From NCBI GenBank assembly GCA_027451365.1, contig DAIDJN010000037.1, forward strand, positions 1-36,480: a stretch of 36,480 nt of DNA, read 5' to 3'. The notes beneath the pieces are model-generated. The model was given only the letters and a program-made list of their open reading frames with translations, was not told the DNA's origin and made no database searches. The position numbers were made by a program, and so were the translations under genes. Below are positions 28,421 to 36,480 of the stretch, in pieces (position 1 is the stretch's first letter; each line of letters begins with the position of its first letter). This DNA comes from Phycisphaerales bacterium (GTDB lineage: Bacteria; Planctomycetota; Phycisphaerae; WQYP01).

Positions 28421-31063
28421 CTACTCGGGATTCTGTTCCAGGAGTGGAGCATCCCCTTCGGTATCTTCCGGGGCGACGCGAGCCACGCCTACCAGAATAT
28501 CGTTTTCATCCAGACGGATCAGCCGCACGCCCTGGGTGGCGCGCCCCATTTCACGCAGTTCGCCCGTAACTCCAATGCGCACTACCTGGCCGCCCTTGGT
28601 AATAATCATGAGTTCATCACTGTCGTTAATGGCCTGCACGCTTACAACCGGTCCATTACGATCGGTGGTGCGGATGTTGATGACACCCTTGCCGCCGCGA
28701 TGCGTCAGGCGGTATTCCTCTATGCGGGTGCGTTTGCCGAAGCCATGCTCGCAGGCGGTCAGCAAGGTCACCTGGTTATCGCCATGGTCCAGCCCCTGTG
28801 GAATGATTACCATGTCAATCACCACATCGTCTTTGTCCAGTTCGATGCCTTTAACACCACCTGCCTGGCGGCCCATGTCGCGCACTTCGGTTTCTTCAAA
28901 CCGAACAGCCATGCCGCCGCGGGTTGCCAGCACAATCTGGTCTTTCCCGTTGGTAACACCCACGCCAATGACCGAATCGCCTTTTTCCAGGCCAATAGCG
29001 ATAATACCGCGTTTCATCGGATTGCCGAACGCTTTAAGCAACGTCTTTTTAATGACGCCCTGGGCGGTGGTCATGACCAGATGCTTGGCTTCATCGGTGA
29101 AATCGCGCACCACCAGCACTTCGGCGAGTTTTTCATCAGCCTGCATTTCCACGAGATTTGCAATCGCACGGCCCTTGCTCTGGCGGCTCATGGATGGCAC
29201 GTCATACACCTTCTGCCAGTAGCAACGCCCCAGATTGGTAAAGAACATCAGGTAATCGTGGGTGGACCCAATGAACAGATGTTCAATGAAGTCCCCTTCC
29301 TTGCTGTCCGCTCCAACAATGCCACGGCCGCCACGACCCTGTTTTCGGTAGGTGTCCAGCGGCATGCGTTTGATATAGCCTTCATGACTGATGGTTACAA
29401 CCACCTGTTCATCGGCAATTAAATCCTCAATGTTAATGTCGGTTGCGTCATTGGTAATTTGGGTGCGGCGATCATCGCCGAATTTTTCCTTCAGTTCCAG
29501 GATGTCTTCGCGAATAATATCCAGCACCCGATTGTCGTCCGCCAGAATCAATTCATAATCGCCGATTTCCTCAACGAGACGGTTGTATTCCTCGGTCAGC
29601 TTGTCGATTTCCAGACCCACCAGCCGCTGCAGTTGCATGGAAAGAATGGCATCCGCCTGAGCACTGGAAAGTGTCATGCCGCCTTCGGCCGCTTCGGCTG
29701 CATCAATCCGCTTGCGGAATGCCTTGGGAATAGCGGCCTTCCAGCTTAAGGATTCATCAATACTGAATTTTTTCTTCATTAAATTCAGCTTGGCGGTCGG
29801 CACATCGGGGCTTAGCTTGCGGTTGCGCAAAAGTTCTATCACGCCCATGACATCCACTTTGCCGCCCGAGGTCTTGCGGACGTCTTCGGCGTGAATATCC
29901 GCCAGGGCAAGAATCAAACCCTCCAGAATGTGGGCTCGCTGCCGCGCTTTGCGCAAGCGGAACGCGGTGCGCCGGCGAATCACTTCCTTGCGGTGCAGGA
30001 TGAAATATTCCACCATTTCCTTGATGCTCAGCGTACGCGGCTGGCGATTGACCAGCGCAATATTGATGATGGAAAAAGTGCTTTGCAGCGGCGTAAACTG
30101 ATACAACTGATTGATGACCACATTCGGGTCGGCATCTCGCTTCAGTTCCACCACCACGCGCACATCATGTTCGCGGTCCGATTCATCGCGCACGTCGGAA
30201 ATATCCTTGATGCGTTCTTCCTTCACTTGGTCGGCGATGGATTCGATGATGGTTTTCTTGAGCACCTGGTACGGGATTTCTGAAATGACAATCTGCTCGC
30301 GCCCACCCTTTAATTGTTCAGTATGTACCCGGCCGCGAACCGTGATTTTGCCACGGCCGGTTTCATAACCCTCTACAATGCCGGCCCGCCCGCAAATGAC
30401 GCCACCGGTGGGAAAGTCGGGGCCTTTAATGACCTTCATAAGGTCCCGAACCGTGCATTGCGGTTCGTTTATAACCTTGACGATGGCATCGCAGACTTCG
30501 CGAAGGTTGTGCGGCGGCAGACTGGTAGCCATGCCTACCGCGATTCCCTGGGCACCATTGACCAGCAGATTTGGAAATTTGCTCGGCAGCACGGTCGGTT
30601 CGGTACGAGCCTCATCGTAGTTGGGAATAAAATCGACCGTGTCCTCTTTCAGGTCGTCCATCATTTCATGCGAAGCGTCCGCCATGCGGGCTTCCGTGTA
30701 ACGCATGGCGGCCGGTGGATCGCCATCAATGGAGCCGAAATTTCCCTGACCATCCACCAGCAGATGTCGCATATTCCATTTTTGCGCCATGCGCACCAAT
30801 GTGGGATAAATGACCGCTTCACCATGCGGGTGATAGTTGCCGGACGTGTCACCGGCAATTTTAGCGCATTTACGATGTTTGCTTCGCGGAGTTAGCTGCA
30901 AGTCGTTCATGGCGACCAGAATTCGTCGCTGGGACGGCTTTAATCCGTCACGCACATCCGGCAGCGCTCGATCCATGATTGTGCTCATGGCATACGTGAG
31001 ATAGCTTTCCTGCAACTCGGTTTCAATCTGCAGGTCGGTAATCCGGGCGTCCTGATCGAACAT
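28421..31063 (-). CDS. gyrA: DNA gyrase subunit A
   Basis: RALPDVRDGLKP, YHPHG, catalytic AAMRYTEAR, GyrA box QGRGGRG and C-terminal pinwheel repeats. Confidence 0.97.
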   Translation of the reverse strand: MFDQDARITDLQIETELQESYLTYAMSTIMDRALPDVRDGLKPSQRRILVAMNDLQLTPRSKHRKCAKIAGDTSGNYHPHGEAVIYPTLVRMAQKWNMRHLLVDGQGNFGSIDGDPPAAMRYTEARMADASHEMMDDLKEDTVDFIPNYDEARTEPTVLPSKFPNLLVNGAQGIAVGMATSLPPHNLREVCDAIVKVINEPQCTVRDLMKVIKGPDFPTGGVICGRAGIVEGYETGRGKITVRGRVHTEQLKGGREQIVISEIPYQVLKKTIIESIADQVKEERIKDISDVRDESDREHDVRVVVELKRDADPNVVINQLYQFTPLQSTFSIINIALVNRQPRTLSIKEMVEYFILHRKEVIRRRTAFRLRKARQRAHILEGLILALADIHAEDVRKTSGGKVDVMGVIELLRNRKLSPDVPTAKLNLMKKKFSIDESLSWKAAIPKAFRKRIDAAEAAEGGMTLSSAQADAILSMQLQRLVGLEIDKLTEEYNRLVEEIGDYELILADDNRVLDIIREDILELKEKFGDDRRTQITNDATDINIEDLIADEQVVVTISHEGYIKRMPLDTYRKQGRGGRGIVGADSKEGDFIEHLFIGSTHDYLMFFTNLGRCYWQKVYDVPSMSRQSKGRAIANLVEMQADEKLAEVLVVRDFTDEAKHLVMTTAQGVIKKTLLKAFGNPMKRGIIAIGLEKGDSVIGVGVTNGKDQIVLATRGGMAVRFEETEVRDMGRQAGGVKGIELDKDDVVIDMVIIPQGLDHGDNQVTLLTACEHGFGKRTRIEEYRLTHRGGKGVINIRTTDRNGPVVSVQAINDSDELMIITKGGQVVRIGVTGELREMGRATQGVRLIRLDENDILVGVARVAPEDTEGDAPLLEQNPE

Positions 31064-31319
31064 TTATATGGTCCTCATGCCTGTTGGGAGGCGGCATTTC
31101 CGTTGCCGGCCACGCGGGCGATTTTTCCCGCTTTTCAACCGGCCGCATCTTAACATAAATACACGAAATTCGCGAGTGTTCCCGCCATGCCCGCTGCAGG
31201 GACTGGCCGCTCCGCAGGGTTGTAATATTCATGCCTGTTCACGGCCCGGATTATGCCTGCCCGAGCATATCGGTCGTATGGTGGCCAGCGGCCTGTTGCA
31301 GCGAACATACGCAGCCGCT

Positions 31320-32027
31320 TTACAGTCCGATCCATGAATCAAATTCCGCCAGGTCCAGATGTGCCAGGTCAGGTACAGCAAAATCAGCCCAATGCTTTAC
31401 TCGCTCCAGCGGCGAATTCGTAGCCACGCCCAAGACGCGAATTCCCGCGGCATGCGCGGCGATCGCGCCCCCATTGGTATCCTCAATCACCAGACTGCAG
31501 TTGGCGGGAAAATTGCGGTCATCCAGTTCGTTAAGCAATTGCCACGTTTTGGAATAACCTTCGGGGTCTGGCTTGCCATGACGCACGTCTTCAATCGCGG
31601 TAATGACCGGGAAAAAGGCCGCGATGCCGAAGGTCTCCAACAGCGGTTGAATTTCATGGCGCCGCGCGCCGCTGCAAATGCCGGTCGGTACCTTATGATC
31701 AGCCAGATGATCCAGCAAACGGCGAACGCCTGGCAGCAGACCGGCGTATTCCACAATGTCACGGTCCATCATACGGTCCTTCGCGGCTGCGAGTTCCGCC
31801 ACAAGTTCTGGTGCGGCCGTGATACCGGCGTCCTGCAATATCAGCCCGAAACCTTCAATCGTTCCATAGACGATATAACGCGAAAAATATCGTTCTGGCG
31901 TAATCACTATCTCCTTTCCCAGACGGGAGCGAAGTTCCTGGAGTGCGTGGTTGTACGCCATCAGATGAATTTCTTCGGTATTGGCTATTACGCCGTCAAA
32001 ATCAAAGATCACGCAGCCATGGTTCAT
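31320..32027 (-). CDS. HAD-superfamily phosphatase (beta-phosphoglucomutase-like)
   Basis: IFDFDGVI, CSG, KPDPEGY and VIEDT..G..AA..AG; AGGAG precedes ATG 32027. Confidence 0.9.
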   Translation of the reverse strand: MNHGCVIFDFDGVIANTEEIHLMAYNHALQELRSRLGKEIVITPERYFSRYIVYGTIEGFGLILQDAGITAAPELVAELAAAKDRMMDRDIVEYAGLLPGVRRLLDHLADHKVPTGICSGARRHEIQPLLETFGIAAFFPVITAIEDVRHGKPDPEGYSKTWQLLNELDDRNFPANCSLVIEDTNGGAIAAHAAGIRVLGVATNSPLERVKHWADFAVPDLAHLDLAEFDSWIGL

Positions 32028-32329
32028 TTCCGAAGCTCCTGGGTAAAAAGATTTTCCGAATTGCCAGCATAACCGATACTGTAATAAACTGCCCCCGCCC
32101 AAAACCGGAAAAACACTGCACGGCTCATTTATTTGTGGGCTAGCAGTTTGACCAAAGTGTTAGTTAAAGACCTGATTATCCGCCAATTTGCAAAAATTCA
32201 GTTTCCAACGCCAACCGGTCAGAAGCCCCGGAGGAAACGGGCCTGGGCGCAACCATGACAACGCGCGTATCAATGTAAGCATTGCGTAATGGCACCGGAA
32301 CCGTTGCGTTCACCTCGGGTGCTGGACAG

Positions 32330-33727
32330 CTAATCGCTGACAGGCGACGGTTCGTCACGCGGGTCATGCCAGCCATCTGCGTCGGGAATTAATGCGCGGG
32401 CCTCCGCGGGTCCCCAGGTATTGGGATCATAGGCATGAATGGGAGTCGCATCGCCAAGAATCGCATCGACAATTCGCCATGCTTCCTCTACCTGATCCTC
32501 ACGGGCAAAGAACTCCGAAGTCCCATTGGCCGCGTCAAGCAGCAGTTTTTCATAGGCGGGCATTTCATCGCGTGTCTGCCGCTGGGCGATTAATTCAACA
32601 TCTGTTCCAACCATGGTGCCACCCGGCTTTTTAACACGCGCCCCCAGCGCAATGACCACCTGGGGACTCAGGCGGAATCGAATGTAATTTGGATTTCCGT
32701 GGGCAGCCTCGTCAAACACTTGTTGAGGCGGTCTTTTGAATTTTATCATAATTTCGGTGCAGGAAATGGGCAGGCATTTGCCTGCCCGGATATAAAATGG
32801 AATGCCCGCCCAGCGCCAACTGTCAATCATTAATCGCACCGCGACGAAGGTTTCAACAGTGGAATTCGGGGAAACACCGGCCTCCACCAAATAACCCTTA
32901 AACTGGCCGCGGATCACATCGTCAGATGATAAAGTCCGGACCATGGAAAGAACCTTGGCGCGTTCATCGCGCAGCGGCTCGCCAATGGAAGCGGGTGGCT
33001 CCATCGCCAGACATGCGACAAGCTGAAGTATATGGTTTTGCAGCACGTCGCGGATGGCACCGGCTTCCTCATAAAACTTGCCACGCCCCTGCACGCCAAA
33101 TTTTTCCGCCATGGTAATCTGCACCGACTCGATTCGATCACGATTCCAGAGCGGCTCAAACATAGAATTGGCAAAGCGCGAATAAAGAAGACTCTGTACG
33201 GGTTCCTTGCCAAGGTAATGGTCAATTCTGAAAATGGCGGTTTCCGGGAAATATTGCTCCAGAGTGGCGTTCAACTGGCGCGCCGACAGAAGATTCCTCC
33301 CAAAAGGCTTTTCCACGATTATTCGCGCCCCCTTCTGGCAGCCTGAGCGAGCCAGATTTTCCGCGACCGTGGCGAACATGCTGGGGGGAATGGCCAGATA
33401 ATGCAGGGGATGCTTTGCCTGATTAAGCGCCTGGCGCAGCTGCGCAAAAGTCTTGAGATCATTGTAATCGCCATCCACATATTGCAATGTGGCAAATAAC
33501 TGCTCAAGTACCCGCGGATCCGCTCCGCCCCCATGTTCGTCCAGGCTGGCCTTAATGCGAGCCTGCATTTGTGTTAAATTCCAGCCCGCCTTGGCCACGC
33601 CGACCACAGGCATGTTCAGATGACCGTGGCGAATCATGGATTGCAGTGCGGGAAATATTTTTTTGTACGCAAGGTCTCCGGTCGCGCCAAAAAATACCAG
33701 TGCATCGGAATGGTCTGTCACCGCCAT
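32330..33727 (-). CDS. zwf: Glucose-6-phosphate 1-dehydrogenase
   Basis: FFGATGDLA, EKPFG, RIDHYLGKE, RDVLQNH and RWAGIPFYIRAGK. Confidence 0.97.
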   Translation of the reverse strand: MAVTDHSDALVFFGATGDLAYKKIFPALQSMIRHGHLNMPVVGVAKAGWNLTQMQARIKASLDEHGGGADPRVLEQLFATLQYVDGDYNDLKTFAQLRQALNQAKHPLHYLAIPPSMFATVAENLARSGCQKGARIIVEKPFGRNLLSARQLNATLEQYFPETAIFRIDHYLGKEPVQSLLYSRFANSMFEPLWNRDRIESVQITMAEKFGVQGRGKFYEEAGAIRDVLQNHILQLVACLAMEPPASIGEPLRDERAKVLSMVRTLSSDDVIRGQFKGYLVEAGVSPNSTVETFVAVRLMIDSWRWAGIPFYIRAGKCLPISCTEIMIKFKRPPQQVFDEAAHGNPNYIRFRLSPQVVIALGARVKKPGGTMVGTDVELIAQRQTRDEMPAYEKLLLDAANGTSEFFAREDQVEEAWRIVDAILGDATPIHAYDPNTWGPAEARALIPDADGWHDPRDEPSPVSD

Positions 33728-33731
33728 ACTC

Positions 33732-34757
33732 CTATTTTGTTTCGTCAGTCTTTTCCAAATGACCGCCAAATTCGTACCTCATGGCGGAAAGTATGCGGTC
33801 CGCAAATTGAGCTTCGCCACGCGAACCAAATCTTTCGTACAACGCGGAACTAAGCACCGGAGCGGGCACAGATTCGTCGATAGCCGCGGTGATTGTCCAG
33901 CGGCCTTCACCCGAATCCGATACTCGGCCTGCAAATGTATCCATAGTCGGATTTTTCGCCAGTGCAATCGCCGTCAGATCCAACAGCCAGGAACCAATCA
34001 CAGACCCGCGTCGCCACACTTCGGCGATATCCGGCAGGTTAAAGTCGTACTGGTATCTTTCCGGGTTGCGCAATGGCGTGGTTTCGGCATCGGATTCGCC
34101 GCTTTTCTTGCCGATATTTGCGTGTTTTAGAATATTGAGGCCTTCCGCGTATGCCGCCATAATGCCGTATTCGATTCCATTATGCACCATTTTTACAAAA
34201 TGCCCCGCGCCCACCGGGCCGCAATGGAGATAGCCATTTTCCGCCGTACTCGGAGGCAAATGGTCCCGACCGGGTGTCGGTTCGGTATGACCGATGCCGG
34301 GCGCGAGTGTGCTAAGAATCGGATCAATATGTTTGACGATCGACGGTTCGCCACCCACCATCAGGCAATAACCTCGCTTTGCCCCCCACACGCCGCCGGA
34401 TGTGCCAACATCCACATAATGAATGCCACGTTCTTTTAACTTTGCAGCACGAAGCAGGTCGTCATGATAATAAGAATTACCGCCGTCGATAATAATATCG
34501 CCCGTTTCCAGCAATGGGGCGAATGTTTGAAGAGTGGAATCCACCACACCGGCGGGAACCATCAGCCAGAGCGTTCGCGGCGTGGCCAGCTGTTTTACGA
34601 AATCTTCGGGTGTGGAAGCCCCCCTTGCCCCTTTCGCCACGGCTGCTTGCACATTTTGGGGCTTTACATCAAACACAATACAGCGATGGCCGCCGTGCAA
34701 AAGTCTTTCCACCATATTTGCGCCCATGCGGCCCAGACCAATCATGCCTATTTCCAT
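33732..34757 (-). CDS. gnd: 6-phosphogluconate dehydrogenase, decarboxylating (short form)
   Basis: [37 protein letters not shown] and [16 protein letters not shown] precedes ATG 34757. Confidence 0.96.
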   Translation of the reverse strand: MEIGMIGLGRMGANMVERLLHGGHRCIVFDVKPQNVQAAVAKGARGASTPEDFVKQLATPRTLWLMVPAGVVDSTLQTFAPLLETGDIIIDGGNSYYHDDLLRAAKLKERGIHYVDVGTSGGVWGAKRGYCLMVGGEPSIVKHIDPILSTLAPGIGHTEPTPGRDHLPPSTAENGYLHCGPVGAGHFVKMVHNGIEYGIMAAYAEGLNILKHANIGKKSGESDAETTPLRNPERYQYDFNLPDIAEVWRRGSVIGSWLLDLTAIALAKNPTMDTFAGRVSDSGEGRWTITAAIDESVPAPVLSSALYERFGSRGEAQFADRILSAMRYEFGGHLEKTDETK

Positions 34758-34981
34758 CGTGAACTCCTTGCGGATAAAAATACACTGTTGCACGTCTGTT
34801 GATTATGCGCCTCGGACACTTTGCGTTTGATGTCTGGTGTGGTCAATTTGTTCAGCACCCTTTTCTCAAGCAGAATAGATACTAGACCACACAGCAGTCA
34901 CTGTTGAGCATAGCGCGGGCCGCCTGATGGGGCAAATGATAACAATTTCAATGGATCCACGGGTGCGAACGTTGATCCGAA

Positions 34982-36325
34982 TTAAAATTGAATGCCCATC
35001 TGTATTGTAGCCACCAGAGCATTTCGATAGGTGCCGCCAGGATTTACAATATACTGCACATCGGGTTGGACACTAAGCCAGGGCGTAAGCGCCGCAGAGT
35101 AAAAGCCTTCAACGGAAAGTTCAAAGTTTTGCGGAGTCTGGGCATACGGACTCAGGTGAACCCACGTGGCACCCAAACCGGTGTTGTCGTCCGGGCGGCC
35201 GGGAAGCGGGCCGCGCCAGCGCAGACCGCCGCTGATGTTCTGATCCATTTCCGTAAGCCGGTCATCCGCCCAGGCATACTGCATAAATGCGCCGATGCGT
35301 GAAGCAGCCTGTCCGGCGGGGCAAGCAAACTTCCACAGAGTCTGATCAATGTACCCATAAAAGCCAAACGCACCCTGCCTTGTTCCCCCCGCATACGTTT
35401 GGAACCCGCCGGTATGAAACCACTGGCCGACTGTAAGTGTTCCACTTAATTTGTTGCGACCGGCCGACCAGTTCAGACTTTCCTCCGTCAGCGCCATAAG
35501 CCCATAAGGATTTTCCACCGCATACGGATCAATACTGGGAATCGCAGGCAGTGTGTTGGACGTATTGCCATCAAACAGACCGCCGCGAAAAGCCAGACTG
35601 CTGATTGGCTGCCATGAAAATTCCCCACCCCAGGCGGAAAACGGATAACTGGGAAAAACAAAAATTGAAGGAGCAAATCCGAATGAACCATTCAGAAACG
35701 GCTGAGCGTCCCGGATGTGGTCAAGATCATAGGTGGTATCAATGCGACCTGCCTTGAACCAGAGTTTTCCGTCAAACAAATTCTGCTGATACCATATCTG
35801 GTCCAGCCGTGTATCCGGATTCTGATCAATTGCGCTGACGGCCTGCAGTTCCCCGACCAGATCATTTGCCGGGTTCTGACCGCCATGGGCCAGGAAGTCC
35901 ACAAATGCCGTTCCCCCTTTCCAGCCGAACACTTTTTGAGTATCCAGTGTCATTGTCGCATCCAAACGGTAGCGCCAGTCGATTCGATTGGTGCGAATGC
36001 CGCCGGAGAAATTCTCGCTGGCCGCCTGCAAAAGTGTAACCGATGGCGTAATACCGTCATCCTCCATAGTTCCAAGCGCCCCCCACCAGCCACCTGTAAG
36101 GTTACCGCGGGTCAGGAGATTGTGAACAAACGCATCAAACGATGTCGGAGCAGGCCGCACGGCCACGGGTTGAGTCGCCGCACCGGCCGGACCTGCAGGC
36201 GACTGAGCGCTGTCCACCGAAAGCGAAGCTGTTTCCCCGCGCGAGTCTGCGGAAGGTGCGTTACCCCGGGCTGATCTGGCGACCAAATATCCAACCACAA
36301 GCATAAGGAAAGCCCGTCGTATCAT
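34982..36325 (-). CDS. Carbohydrate-selective porin, OprB family
   Basis: Signal peptide, NLTGGWWG, WYQQNLFDGKL..KAG, GPLPGRPDDNTGLG, E..Y...LTPWLSVQPDVQYIVNPG and terminal Phe. The ORF track starts at 36445. Confidence 0.9.
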   Translation of the reverse strand: MIRRAFLMLVVGYLVARSARGNAPSADSRGETASLSVDSAQSPAGPAGAATQPVAVRPAPTSFDAFVHNLLTRGNLTGGWWGALGTMEDDGITPSVTLLQAASENFSGGIRTNRIDWRYRLDATMTLDTQKVFGWKGGTAFVDFLAHGGQNPANDLVGELQAVSAIDQNPDTRLDQIWYQQNLFDGKLWFKAGRIDTTYDLDHIRDAQPFLNGSFGFAPSIFVFPSYPFSAWGGEFSWQPISSLAFRGGLFDGNTSNTLPAIPSIDPYAVENPYGLMALTEESLNWSAGRNKLSGTLTVGQWFHTGGFQTYAGGTRQGAFGFYGYIDQTLWKFACPAGQAASRIGAFMQYAWADDRLTEMDQNISGGLRWRGPLPGRPDDNTGLGATWVHLSPYAQTPQNFELSVEGFYSAALTPWLSVQPDVQYIVNPGGTYRNALVATIQMGIQF

Positions 36326-36480
36326 GGGCTGAAAATTAAACCGTAGTTCCCCCCAGTTTAAGCCTATCGAGTCGTTTACAAGCCTTTGATTTATCGTGGT
36401 TTGCAGCGATTTTTCGGGTCGATTTTGCCTTAAATTTGTACCCATGTAAATGTCGTGTTGTAACTTGACATTGTCTTTAT

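Noticed and set aside
28418..29422. 334-aa + strand ORF, and similar ones at 15271, 26429, 31359, 3087 and 7771
   Set aside because: Antisense shadows of well-supported genes with no recognisable motifs.

Overview
A mostly housekeeping chromosomal segment, probably from a Planctomycetota (Phycisphaerae-like) bacterium. This is inferred from the DUF4159/prenyltransferase-repeat protein, the PVC-type GyrA QRDR and the repeat types. Core genes: queC-queE-queF, DUF4159 protein, thioredoxin-NHL protein, FtsX/LolD-type ABC pair, fcl, gmd, argG, ligA, ferredoxin-NADP reductase, CBM9-like lipoprotein, GHMP kinase, GNAT, psd, a lipoprotein, gyrA, HAD phosphatase, zwf, gnd and an OprB porin. There are two accessory patches. 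The first (1-2200) has the end of a probable IS66-family element, an orphan Rhs toxin tip with a small membrane immunity candidate, and a decayed repeat block. The second (18950-21400, between ligA and the reductase) has an RHH/MazF toxin-antitoxin pair and an HNH nuclease gene set in a highly structured non-coding mosaic. The most unusual signal is an array in which a constant 10-mer (GTCTCATTRA) alternates with variable, interchangeable 15-18 nt hairpins. These often carry C(GCA)G triloops or tandem GA mismatches and lie among heptamer tandem repeats, with no recombinase, transposase or cas gene beside them. All calls come from reading motifs by eye; no database searches were run.
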